64,000 bases of DNA from an uncultured bacterium. Its GTDB lineage: Bacteria; Krumholzibacteriota; Krumholzibacteriia; JACNKJ01. The position numbers were made by a program, and so were the translations under genes. How positions within the stretch are numbered: position 1 is the stretch's first letter; every line of letters starts with the position of its first letter. Shown piece by piece: positions 33,837 through 43,964 of the stretch. A model generated the notes under the pieces. The model saw only the letters and a program-made list of their open reading frames with translations, made no database searches and was not told the origin of the DNA. The stretch lies in assembly GCA_963695095.1 (NCBI GenBank), contig CAVOFT010000001.1, positions 832,001 to 896,000 of the forward strand, in the 5' to 3' direction.

Positions 33837-36614
33837 ATGAGACCTTGCGCGCCGCGCGCGCTTCTGGCCCTCGCCCTCTGCCTGCTGGCGGCGGTGGCGT
33901 CGGCCCAGGGGCCCACGCCCACACCCGAGCAGCTCGAGATGCTGAAGCAGCTCTCGCCCGAGCAGCGCGCCCGGCTGGCGGCGGAGTACGGCCTCGATCC
34001 CGCCCAGCTCGATGGCGCCGCGTCCGCGCCGGCGCGGGACGCGAGCAGCCCCGAGCTCGTCGCGCCGCGCACGCCCGTCTTCGGCGAGATCGAGCAGCCC
34101 TTGCCGGCCACGCTCTCGACCGCGCCGCCGCTCGAGAAGCTTCCCGACCAGGAGGGGCTGCCCGGCCAGGCCGAGCTGCGCCAGGCCTTCGCCAACTTCC
34201 TGGCCGGCAGCGCGCCGCTGGCGGTGGACGAGAACCTGAAGCCCTTCGGCTACGATCTCTTCGCCGGCGCGCCCAGCACCTTCGCGCCTGCCACCGACAT
34301 CCCCGTCGGGCCGGACTACGTGATCGGCCCGGGCGACGAGATCCACGTTCAGCTCTACGGCAAGACCAACGTGACGGCGAACCTGGTCGTGGATCGCGAC
34401 GGCCTGCTCGCCTTCCCCGAGCTCGGGCCCGTCCCGGTGGCGGGCCAGAGCTTCGCCGAGCTGCGCGAGACGCTGCAGCGCGAAGTGGGCAAGCGCATGA
34501 TCGGCGTGGAGGCGAGCATCACGCTCGGCCGCCTGCGCTCCATTCGCATCTTCGCCCTGGGCGAGGTGTTCCGGCCCGGCAGCTACACGGTGAGCGGCCT
34601 GGCCACCCTGACCAACGCGCTCTTCGCGGCGGGGGGCGTCACCGAGATCGGCAGCCTGCGCAGGATCGAGCTCAGGCGCGCGGGCGAGCTGGTCACGCGG
34701 CTGGACCTCTACGATCTCCTGATGAAGGGCGACACCTCGGCGGACGCGCGGCTCCTGCCCGGCGACGTCATCTTCGTGCCGCCGGTGGGGCCGCTGGTGG
34801 GCGCGGCCGGCGAGGTGAAGCGGCCGGCGCGCTACGAGCTGGCGGGCGAGGTGGACGCGGCCGCGCTGATCAAGCTGGCCGGCGGCCTCACGGCGCAGGC
34901 GCACACGGACCTGCTCCAGCTCGACCGCTACGAGAAGGGCCGTCGCGTCAGCGTGGACTTCACCCTGGCAGACGCGCCGCGCTGGCCGCTCAAGGACGGC
35001 GACCTGCTCAAGGTGTTCCCGATCACGGGGCAGGAGGAGCAGGTGGTCTGGCTGGCGGGCAACGTGCGCCGGCCCGGCAAGCGGCAGTTCGCCCCCGGCA
35101 TGCGCCTGCTGGACCTGGTCGGCGGGCTGGGGGATCTGCTGCCCGAAACCCACTTCCCCTACGGCCTCATCGAGCGCGAGAACCCGCTGGACCGCGAGCC
35201 CCAGTACCTGGCCTTCAACCTGGGCGCGGCCCTGCTCGAGGGCGATCCGCTGGCGAACATCGCGCTGGCGGACCGCGACCGCGTGTTCGTCTTCCACCGC
35301 GCCTTCTTCCGCGAGCAGCCCAAGGTGCAGGTGCGCGGGCGGGTGCAGGAGCAGGGCGAGTACGTGTTCCGCAAGGACATGCAGGTGATGGACCTGATCC
35401 TCGCGGCGGGCGGGCTGCTGCGCGACGCCTGGATGGCCGAAGCGGAGCTCTTCCGCACGAACCCGGTGAGCCTGGACGTGAACCGGATTCCGCTGGATCT
35501 GCGCCGCGTGGCGGCCGGCGATCCCACGCAGAACCTGCTGCTGCAGGACCTCGACGAGCTGATGGTGCACTCGATCTGGGAGTTCAAGCAGCCCCAGACG
35601 GTGGAGGCGCTGGGCGAGGTGAACTATCCGGGCGTCTACCCGCGCTTCGAGGGCATGCGCGTGAGCGATCTCATCTTCGCCGCCGGCAGCCTCACCGAGG
35701 AGGCCTTCCGCGAGCGGGCCGAGCTGACGCGCTACGCGATCATCGACGGCGAGCGGCGCGAGCTGAGGCACGTGTCGCTGGATCTGCACGGCGTGCTGGC
35801 GGGCGATCCCGAGTCGGACATCCTGCTCGAGCCCTACGACCGCGTGCTCGTGCGGCGCATCACCAACTGGCGTCGGGACGAGGTGGTGAGAGTGACAGGC
35901 GAGGTGGCCTTCCCCGGCACCTACCCGATCGAGGAGGGCGAGCGGCTCTCCAGCCTGGCCGACCGCTTCGGCGGCTTCCTGCCCAATGCCTACCTGCCGG
36001 CGGTGGTCTTCACGCGCGAGGACGTGCGCAAGCTGCAGCAGGAGCAGCTCGACCGCATGGCGGATCAGCTCGAGGCGGATCTGGGGCGGCTGGCGATTCA
36101 GGTGACGCCCGGCGAGAGCCAGGAGGAGGCGGCCAAGCGGCAGATCGCGCTCGAGTCCGGCCAGCGCCTGGCCGCCGAGCTGCGCGCGGCCAAGGCCAGC
36201 GGCCGCCTGGTCGTGCACGTGGAGGCGCTCGCGCAGTTCAAGGGCACGGAGTACGACCTGGTGCTCAAGGACGGCGACTCCCTGCTCGTGCCGCAGAAGC
36301 CCGATCACGTGATGGTGATCGGCGAGGTCTACAGCCCGGCGGCCTTCCAGCACGAGGCGGGCATGAAGGCCAAGAAGCTGGTGGATCTGGCCGGCGGCGA
36401 GACGCGCTTCGCCGACGGCGGCCGCGCCTACGTGGTGCGCGCCGACGGCTCGGTCAAGCGCGGGCTGGGCACGAAGCTCGAGCCCGGCGACGTGGTGGTG
36501 GTGCCGGAGTCCCTCGAGCGCTTCTCGGGCATGCAGTTCATGCTGGACATCAGCCAGGTGCTCTACCAGCTCGGGCTGGCGGCCGCGGCGGCCAAGACCG
36601 TGGGGGCCTTCTAG
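33837..36614 (+). CDS. Polysaccharide export protein with multiple SLBB domains (Wza/KpsD-like)
   Basis: Signal peptide; PFGYDLF, DYVIGPGD, repeated GEV..PG.Y...DLI..AGG units. Confidence 0.9.
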   Translation: MRPCAPRALLALALCLLAAVASAQGPTPTPEQLEMLKQLSPEQRARLAAEYGLDPAQLDGAASAPARDASSPELVAPRTPVFGEIEQPLPATLSTAPPLEKLPDQEGLPGQAELRQAFANFLAGSAPLAVDENLKPFGYDLFAGAPSTFAPATDIPVGPDYVIGPGDEIHVQLYGKTNVTANLVVDRDGLLAFPELGPVPVAGQSFAELRETLQREVGKRMIGVEASITLGRLRSIRIFALGEVFRPGSYTVSGLATLTNALFAAGGVTEIGSLRRIELRRAGELVTRLDLYDLLMKGDTSADARLLPGDVIFVPPVGPLVGAAGEVKRPARYELAGEVDAAALIKLAGGLTAQAHTDLLQLDRYEKGRRVSVDFTLADAPRWPLKDGDLLKVFPITGQEEQVVWLAGNVRRPGKRQFAPGMRLLDLVGGLGDLLPETHFPYGLIERENPLDREPQYLAFNLGAALLEGDPLANIALADRDRVFVFHRAFFREQPKVQVRGRVQEQGEYVFRKDMQVMDLILAAGGLLRDAWMAEAELFRTNPVSLDVNRIPLDLRRVAAGDPTQNLLLQDLDELMVHSIWEFKQPQTVEALGEVNYPGVYPRFEGMRVSDLIFAAGSLTEEAFRERAELTRYAIIDGERRELRHVSLDLHGVLAGDPESDILLEPYDRVLVRRITNWRRDEVVRVTGEVAFPGTYPIEEGERLSSLADRFGGFLPNAYLPAVVFTREDVRKLQQEQLDRMADQLEADLGRLAIQVTPGESQEEAAKRQIALESGQRLAAELRAAKASGRLVVHVEALAQFKGTEYDLVLKDGDSLLVPQKPDHVMVIGEVYSPAAFQHEAGMKAKKLVDLAGGETRFADGGRAYVVRADGSVKRGLGTKLEPGDVVVVPESLERFSGMQFMLDISQVLYQLGLAAAAAKTVGAF

Positions 36615-37468
36615 TGGCGCGTTCGTGGTTGCCGCGCTTGCGCGCGCTATTAGGGGCCTTCTGGCGCGGCAACCTCCGGGCAACGGCGCTTTGGGCGATT
36701 GTCCTGATGGGGCTGGCCTTTGTGGCGGCCTACTTCGTACCGCGCGAGTACCGTGCCGACGTTCGCGTCGCTCCGGCGCCCGCAATCGAAGACTCGGAGT
36801 CGGGGGGCCTCGCCAAGACTCTAGGGGGGCTGACGGGTGTGGGGAGCCTGTTCGCAGGCGACGCGCGGTTCGCCGTCGATCTCGAGTCCATCCGCTCGTA
36901 TGAGGTGGTCGCCAGGCTCGAGCGCGATTCCCTCATGATGCGTGAGCTCTTCCCGGATCCGCCGACACCAGGGCCAGACCCGACTCGGCGCGGGCTGCCT
37001 GCCAGCACCTGGGACACGCTGCGCGAGTTCCGCAAGCGGGCGAGCGTCACCTTCGATGCGCGCTATGGCATTGCAGAGGCCGGTTTTTGCGCGCGTGACC
37101 CAGAGAGAGCCGCAACACTTCTCGGTACATGGCTCCGCGAAGCTGATGCAATGTTGCGCGAGCGGAAGCTTGCTGAGACTGCCGGACGAATCGAGCAATT
37201 GGAGCTGGAACTGGCGGGGGCCCGCCAAATTGACGTCGCCCAAGCGCTGGAAGGTCACCTTGTCTCGGAACTGCGCCGGCAGGCGCTCGTCAAGGCGGCC
37301 CGCGGCGTGTCCTTTATCTTGGTGGAGACGCCAGTCCCCCCGGACGTGCCGGTCTATCCGCGGCCGAAGTTGACAGCTCTGATAGTGGGGCTGCTCTATG
37401 GCGCTTTCCGCTTTGTCATTCTTGTCCTGCTCGGCCGCGGCCTCACCGCTGCCAGAGCGGAATTAGCG
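36614..37468 (+). CDS. Wzz-like chain-length determinant; no stop, frame continues into the next domain
   Basis: N-terminal TM then PREYRA, coiled coil, Pro-rich VETPVPPDVPVYPRP followed by a C-terminal TM. Confidence 0.75.
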
Positions 37469-38774
37469 ATGCTCTCCCGAGGTCTGGTTTCATGGTCTGC
37501 CGAGGCCCACGCGGTTGAGGCGGCCAAGGCTCTCCTTTTCCTCAGCCTGCTTCTCTTGCCGCTAATGGCCGTCGCCGCGCCGAAAGGAATCATCGCGGCG
37601 GACTTGTGCCTGCTCACCGGATGGGGTTCGCTAATCGTGGCCGCTCGGACTCGGAGCCTGAAGCTGGGCCTACCGGTTTGGGCCTGGTGGATGTTGGGCC
37701 TGCTCGTTCCCTACCTGACAGCCATGATGCTCGGTCCCGATCGTTTGTTTGCTCCGCTCTATCCGCTCTCATTGATCCAGCATCTGTACGCACCGTTCTT
37801 TGCCCTCCTGCTTGTGCTCGGGGTCCAGGTGCTCTGGGCCGAGGGTGCACTCACGATTCTCCTTCGAGGTCTGGCCCTCTCAGGATTGGCCGTCGTGATT
37901 ATGGACCTCGCGATCGTCGCGTTGGCCGCGACTGGCATGTACGTTTTCGCACCGGCCTTCCGTAGCGGCGTCCTCGACTCACGCCTCGTCTGGCCATTCG
38001 CGCAGCCAAGTCAGCTGCCTGGCTTTCTCCTCTTCACATTCCCCCCTCTCGGCCCTCTGGCTCTTTGATCGGATTGCCGCCCGGCATGCCATCGAGCTTG
38101 CGGTCTTCGTGCTGCTCCTGAATACGGTAGCCCATGCCCTCATTGCGACGATGTCGGGATCACGGGCGGGTGGCGTTGGAGTGATTCTTGAAGGCCTCGG
38201 GGTCGTATGGGTTATGCTCATGCGATGCCCGCGCCGGAAGTTGCCTGTCGTTTCGCTCATCTTGGCGGCCATCACCATCTCCGCGGTGGCGGGGCTCACG
38301 AGCTTGGCAGAATCCAATTGGGTGGTGCGGCGGTCGCTACTTGCATTCAGCGAGGCCAAGGCAGGGACGGACGCAGTAAACACGGACTTCCGAGCGCACA
38401 ATTGGGCGTTCGCGCAGCGGATGTTCTTGCAATCTCCCCTATCTGGGAGGGGATTGACAGCGGGGTTCTCGGAGTATGGCTACGAAATCCACAACAGTTT
38501 CCTGGGTGCGTACGCAGAGTTGGGCGTTGTCGGCGGCACAGCAGCGGTTGCTATGCTGCTCGGGGTCCCTATGTACGCAGCGGCGAGGATGCTCCTGCGC
38601 CACAGCAGGGCATTGGCTCATGATCAGATGCTCCCGCTCCTACTCGCAGTTGCCGGTACGGTGTTTTTTGCGGGCACGCACTACGTTCTCCGTCAGCGTT
38701 GGGTCTGGCTGTCGATTGCGCTCATGCTCCTGCAAATCGCCGAAGAGCATGGGGGGCAGCGTAAGAAAGCCTGA
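37469..38774 (+). CDS. O-antigen polymerase/ligase-family membrane protein; frameshift near 38050
   Basis: Many TM segments; FAQPSQL, TMSGSRAG, R..NW..A..MF.QSPLSGRG, EIHNSFLGAYAELGVVG (Wzy_C-type motifs). Confidence 0.75.
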
Positions 38775-38908
38775 TCTTCAAAGCTCGCATGTATGCGGCT
38801 TCGAGGTGGATTGCGCCTGTCGACGGCTGCTACACCCTCAGTTCGCAGGAAACAGAGTGGATGCGCAAGACACGGCGAGAATTCCTCCGTGCACAGGGGA
38901 AGCCATTG

Positions 38909-40177
38909 ATGGCGATTCTGAGCGAGAGTGGCGCGCCGCGTGAATGGCTCCGGGAGAGCGCTTGGACCTTCTTGGGGGTACTTCTCAGTCGCGGCTCCGC
39001 TCTCATACTGTCTATCGCCGCGGCGCGCATGTTGGCAGCGGCGGACTTCGCCACCTTTGCACTTGCGCAGAACCTTCAGGTTGGAAGCACGGTTCTTCTC
39101 GGTCTGGGCTTCGGCAATGCGATGGCGAAGTATGTGGGGCAGGACTGGGCGAGTAGTCCGGAGTCTGGCGCGCGTACCATGCACTGGGTCAGGACGAAGG
39201 GGCTTGTTGCGGGAGCCGCCATTGCAGTCGGGCTGGGGCTAGCGTCGAGGCCGCTGGCCTCGGCAGTGTTTGGCGAGACGTCGCTGTGGTGGCTTGTGGG
39301 TCTCTGCGCCCTGGCTGCGCTAGGGAATGCGCAGATCGGTATTTTGAACAGCGCGTACGCGGCCATCGTACACATGCGCAGCTATTCGGGGATCGTGTCG
39401 AAGACCGCCGTCGTCATCCTGCCAATACTGGTCGGTGCCGCAGCGATGGGAGGACTCAACTGGCTCCTCGTTGGCTGGACTATCTCCTTCTTGGTGACCG
39501 CCGCGATTCTCACCAAGGCTCTTCGAGAGCGAGTGTTGGCGACAGTTGGCGGGCCCTTACCAAGTACCGCTACGCTCGGTCCGCAGGGGTTCCAGCGCTT
39601 TGTGCTGATGGCGGGAGCTGCGAACATCCTCGTCTATCCTATGCATGTGGTTGCCGTCGGCCTCCTTCGCCATAGCCATGGCAGCGAGGCCGCTTCGGTG
39701 TACCAGGTTTGTGTGCTGTGGATGACTGCGCTCACATTGTTCCCCGGTACGCTCGCCAACAATCTCGTCGCTGCCGTCGCTCGCGATACATCCGAACACA
39801 GCCGCGGGACGCGTCTCAGCCGGGCGGCACTCAAGGTAATGGCGGGGCTAGCGGCAGCAGTGGCCCTGTTGGGGCTTGCATCCGCTCCGATCATCTCCGC
39901 CGCATATGGCCGCATCATGACCGGGCAATGGCCGAGCCTCGCACTGATTGCGGTCGCGGCCGCAGCCACCACCCTCACGGGGGGGGTCTGGCCGACTCTC
40001 ATGGTGACTAGGGGCGCACACTCCCAGCTACGCCTGAACGGGGTATTTGCTGCCAGCTACGTACTGAGTGCCCTGCTCTTGGTGCCGAAGCATGGTGTTG
40101 CAGGAGCTGCGCTCGCATGTGTCATAGGATCCGCGCTTCAGGCGGCGGCGGCGTTCGGCAGCTTGCGTTTGCGATGA
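38909..40177 (+). CDS. Oligosaccharide flippase (Wzx/MOP family); start uncertain
   Basis: Polytopic; ESAWTFLG...AARMLAAADFATFA; LVPKHGVAGAALA. Confidence 0.78.
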   Translation: MAILSESGAPREWLRESAWTFLGVLLSRGSALILSIAAARMLAAADFATFALAQNLQVGSTVLLGLGFGNAMAKYVGQDWASSPESGARTMHWVRTKGLVAGAAIAVGLGLASRPLASAVFGETSLWWLVGLCALAALGNAQIGILNSAYAAIVHMRSYSGIVSKTAVVILPILVGAAAMGGLNWLLVGWTISFLVTAAILTKALRERVLATVGGPLPSTATLGPQGFQRFVLMAGAANILVYPMHVVAVGLLRHSHGSEAASVYQVCVLWMTALTLFPGTLANNLVAAVARDTSEHSRGTRLSRAALKVMAGLAAAVALLGLASAPIISAAYGRIMTGQWPSLALIAVAAAATTLTGGVWPTLMVTRGAHSQLRLNGVFAASYVLSALLLVPKHGVAGAALACVIGSALQAAAAFGSLRLR

Positions 40178-40208
40178 ACCAATCGCTGAGATTGAGAGGT
40201 TCCTTCTA

Positions 40209-41057
40209 ATGGCCGAGTTGTGGAGGCAGGCAGATGTCAGTGTAGTAATTCCGTGCTTCAATGCCGCTACAACCCTGATGAGAGCGCTGCAGTCAGTCGA
40301 AGCACAGACGTATCCTATCGGCGAGGTCATCATCGTTGATGACGGGAGCAGTGATGTCGCTACAGTGCGGGCGCTAGTCGATTCGCGAGCTTGGAGATCG
40401 CCAGTGCGGCTGATCGAACTTGGTCGGAACGCGGGAGTCTCAGCGGCGCGGAATCACGGAATTGCCGCTGCCCAGGGGGATTTCATTGCCCTCTTGGACG
40501 CGGATGACATCTGGCATCCGCGGAAGACTGAGATACAGCTGGCCGCCCTGACTCGGACGAGCATGGACTTCGCCTCGGGGCGCATGCTCTCTTGCATGCA
40601 GGCACCGGAGCACCTCGCGAGCATCCAGCTCACAAATCGACGAAGTCGTCTCATTGGGCTGACGGAATTGCTCATGCGAAACCCTGTGCTGACGTCGACC
40701 GTCATCATGCGCCGCACAAAGGCCCCCCGATTCAATGAGCAGCTGCGACGCGCCGAAGACTGGGTGGTATGGGTGGAAATGGCGGCGACGAGCGGTGGAT
40801 GCCTGCATCTCGATGAGTATCTAGCGGGGGCGTTCAAGCGGTTGGTTGGCGAGGCCGGCTTGAGTGCAGACATGCTCGCCCTGAGTGGGGCCCACCTCCG
40901 GGGAGTCAGATATCTCCACATGAAGGGGGTCCTCGGTAGCGGGCAGGCGGCCGTGGCGTGCGCTGCGGAGATCCTGAAGTTGCCGCCTCGACTCCTCGTG
41001 AAGGGTCTCCTGCCACGCATCGTCGGAAGTCGTCTGCAGGACAAGCGGGCACGATGA
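40209..41057 (+). CDS. Family 2 glycosyltransferase
   Basis: VSVVIPCFNA, IIVDDGSSD, GVSAARNHG, IALLDADDIWHP, AEDW. Confidence 0.92.
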   Translation: MAELWRQADVSVVIPCFNAATTLMRALQSVEAQTYPIGEVIIVDDGSSDVATVRALVDSRAWRSPVRLIELGRNAGVSAARNHGIAAAQGDFIALLDADDIWHPRKTEIQLAALTRTSMDFASGRMLSCMQAPEHLASIQLTNRRSRLIGLTELLMRNPVLTSTVIMRRTKAPRFNEQLRRAEDWVVWVEMAATSGGCLHLDEYLAGAFKRLVGEAGLSADMLALSGAHLRGVRYLHMKGVLGSGQAAVACAAEILKLPPRLLVKGLLPRIVGSRLQDKRAR

Positions 41058-41135
41058 GGGAGTCAGGTGCGCTTGACTGCTGGGATCTCTAACTCCGGGC
41101 GTGCGCGTGCAATAGGTCCCGACAGATATGAGGGC

Positions 41136-42299
41136 TCAGGGCCCTTGGATCGAGCGGCGGTAGGACGCGAGTGTCTTGGAAACGACGGTCTGGACTGAGA
41201 ACTCATCTTCCACGAGCTTCCGCGCTGCCTGGCCGAAGGCCGTCCGCAGTGTGGGAGACTCGGCCAGTTGCAGCATGGCCAGCGCGAGACCGTCGGGATC
41301 GCGCGGGGATACTTGCAGGCCAGTCCTATTGTGTAGAACAACTTCGCGGCACCCGGGCATGTCGGTGCTGATCAGCGGCAGGCGCGCAGCCGCGCCCTCC
41401 AGACAGCGACTTCGGGATTCGCCTCGCCATAGTAACTGGGCAAGCACCATCACGTCGGCGCCCTTCAGGATCGGTGCGATGTCGGTCACGAAACCGAGCC
41501 AGCGCAGGTGGGGCCTGCTGGCAACCGCCTCGCGGAGCCACGCCTCGGACACGCCTTCCCGGCTCTCGCGATCGGCGCTGCCGACCAGAATGAAGCGGCA
41601 GTCCGATCGCTGCGCGGCCACCTGATCCGAGGCCTCGACGAACTCCCGCACTCCCTTCGACCAGAGCATCCGGCAGGCCATGACGAAGGTCACCGGGCCT
41701 TCCCGCGCTCGGGGCGCCGCGTCGAAGTGCGCCAGATCCACACCGGAGCCGCGGATGAGAACGGCGCGCTCAGGCTTCACAACACCTGCCGCGAGGAGCG
41801 TGGCCCGATCCTTCTGGATTTTGGAGGATCGGTCAGCGCACCCCCGCCGAGCGCGAAGCGGTAACCGAGGAGGGCGGGGTAGCGAAGGACGCGCGACCCG
41901 TGAAGGCGTGACCGAGTCCCGTCACCGCCTGCACGATGCCCTTCACCCCGAGCAGTCGCGCCGCGCTGCCGCCCAGGATCACCGGTTTGATCGTGAAGTG
42001 GTGGACGAGGTCCGGCTTGAGCGCGCGGTAGGCGCGCAGGTAGGACAGGAAGGTCGCGAGGTTGCTGAACGGCGACAGGCTCTTGCGGTCTAGCCGTACA
42101 CTTGGCGGAAGCGGGCGCCGAGCGCCTCTAGCTTGCCGGCGAACTCTCGTCGGGCGCCAGGACGATGTACCTCCCAGCCCTCGTCGATGAGGGCGGCGAT
42201 GGTCTCACGCCTGAAATTGAGGAGATACCAAGATGTGTTGGCGCTGAGGACAGCGCGAGCCTGACGGGGGGCGGGGCTGCCAGAACTCCCGCTGCTCAC
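41136..42299 (-). CDS. Family 4 glycosyltransferase; several frameshifts
   Basis: SANTSWYLLNFR, VHHFTIKPVI, LIRGSGVDL, RMLWSKGVREFVEA, LISTDMPGCRE in successive frames. Confidence 0.82.
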
Positions 42300-43486
42300 T
42301 TCCCGACGCCGGTGACCTGCGGCAGCGGAGCTCTCCTGCGCGGCGGCCCGGAAGCGATGCTCAGCCTCGAGTACGGGCTCGAGCTCTGGGCTTCGACACA
42401 GGCATGGGAATCACCTGCGACTGGTTGATCATCGCGATGCGCAGCAGCTTGTAGCCCGCGGTGACGATCACCGCCAGCGGCACCAGCAGATGGATCAGCG
42501 CCATCGGCGTGCCATAGAAGGGCAGCGCGACCGCGAAGACCGCCATGCCCCGCCAGCGCCGTGCAAGCGTCGCCAGCGTCCAGCCGCTGCCCAGGCCCGC
42601 GCGCAGCAGGCGGTGGTGGATGTGCTGGGTGTCGGCGACGGAAGGGGCTCAGACCCAATGCGCCGCCGGCGGATGATCGACAGCAGCACGTCCAGGATTC
42701 CGATCGCGTAGGCCGCGACGGCGAAGGCCAGCGGCGCGCCAGCTCGAGCCGGCCGCCCGGGCGCTGCGCCATCACCAGGGCCAGCACCGCGATGCCCAGG
42801 CCGACGCTCAGGCTCCCCGAGTCGCCCATGAACACCTTGCCGCGCCCGCGCAGGTTGCAGACGAGGAACACCACGGCCAGCGCCGCCGCCGCGATCGCGA
42901 GCGGGGCCGCGCCACTGCCGATGTAGAGCCCGAAGCCCCCCAGCGCCAGCAGGGCAATCAGGTTCATCCCGCCGGAGAGGCCGTCCATGCCGTCCATGAG
43001 ATTGCTGGTGTTCATGAAGCCCATGAACCAGAACATCGTCAGCGGCAGGGAGACGATGCTCAGCTCGAGCGTCCAGCCGCCGAAGGCGATGTCATCCAGC
43101 CGGAAGCCCGCGCCCCAGAGCAGAGCGGCCACGCCGGCCTGCACCAGCAGGCGCTTGCGCGCGGAGATGCCGCGCAGGTCGTCGATGAAGCCCGTCGTGA
43201 AGATGGCCCCGAAGGCCAGGCCCAGGGCCAGGGCGGAGGCGGTGGCCATGCCCGGCGAGCCGGCCATCAGCCAGAGCAGGTAAGCCAGCGCCATCGGCGC
43301 GAAGATGCCCGGCCCGCCCGAGAGCGGCACCGGCCGCGCGTGGATCTTGCGCGGATTGGGATGGTCAAGGAGGCCGATGGCCATGGCGGTGCTGCGGCTC
43401 AGCTCCTGGCTGATCCAGCCCAGCCCAAGCACCAGCGGTACGAGGGCGTACCACGGCAATCCCAGCCACTCCGTGATCAGAGGCAT
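42296..43486 (-). CDS. wecA: MraY/WecA-family undecaprenyl-phosphate GlcNAc-1-P transferase; C-terminal frameshifts
   Basis: LDHPNPRKIH..PVPLSGG, GFIDD, NLMDGMDGL, KVFMGDSGS; GGAGG RBS before ATG 43486. Confidence 0.85.
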   Translation of the reverse strand: MPLITEWLGLPWYALVPLVLGLGWISQELSRSTAMAIGLLDHPNPRKIHARPVPLSGGPGIFAPMALAYLLWLMAGSPGMATASALALGLAFGAIFTTGFIDDLRGISARKRLLVQAGVAALLWGAGFRLDDIAFGGWTLELSIVSLPLTMFWFMGFMNTSNLMDGMDGLSGGMNLIALLALGGFGLYIGSGAAPLAIAAAALAVVFLVCNLRGRGKVFMGDSGSLSVGLGIAVLALVMAQRPGGRLELARRWPSPSRPTRSESWTCCCRSSAGGALGLSPFRRRHPAHPPPPAARGPGQRLDAGDACTALAGHGGLRGRAALLWHADGADPSAGAAGGDRHRGLQAAAHRDDQPVAGDSHACVEAQSSSPYSRLSIASGPPRRRAPLPQVTGVGK

Positions 43487-43777
43487 GTGGGGCGTTCCTC
43501 CCTGATCCAGCGCGCCCAGCGTCGAGGCGGCATCATCGTTCGCGCAAGCCGACCTAGTCAATGGGCGCGGCGCAAGTTCATTGCTCTTCACGGCGGGATC
43601 GCAGGGTTCACGACTTTGCAGTCTCGAATTTGCAAAAGACGGGCCGCGCGCTGCCTCTGCGACAAGTCGACTGACCTTTTCCAGCCGTCGCGCGGGGAAC
43701 GGCACGGAGATTCGGGAATCCGCGCCCGCATTGGGGTAGTCCACGCCGGCGACCCCAACCCCTTGTGGCCGGACTCG

Positions 43778-43792
43778 GCAAGGAACCTGCCA
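43778..43792 (-). promoter_or_regulatory. Candidate sigma54 (-24/-12) promoter pointing toward wecA
   Basis: Minus strand TGGCAGGTTCCTTGC (GG-N10-GC). Confidence 0.45.
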
Positions 43793-43897
43793 AGCCGGCC
43801 GTGCAGGTGGCTAGAAGAACCCCGGCGCCAGCGGGCGCCGGGGCAATGCTTGCCGCCTCGGGGCGAGAGCTGCCTGGCCAAGCTCCCGTCCCTCGGG

Positions 43898-43964
43898 TAG
43901 GGCGCGTCGCTCGCCTTTGAGCGGCCCGTTGTTTCGGGCCGCGAGGAGGCGAGCGCGCGCCCTA
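43898..43964. terminator. Long imperfect hairpin at the 3' end of the metalloprotease gene
   Basis: TAGGGCGCG.CGCTCGCCT....GCGGCCCG / loop / CGGGCCGC....AGGCGAGCG CGCGCCCTA. Confidence 0.55.

Noticed and set aside
33801..36785. Very long antisense and alternate-frame ORFs (994 aa here; also 4250-5986, 60410-62443, 43917-45752)
   Set aside because: Shadow ORFs expected at very high GC opposite well-supported genes; they carry no family motifs.
33779..38068. 1429-aa ORF as a single giant protein
   Set aside because: The part before 36614 is an Arg/Gly/Ala-rich off-frame overlap of the SLBB gene; only the portion from GTG 36614 is protein-like.
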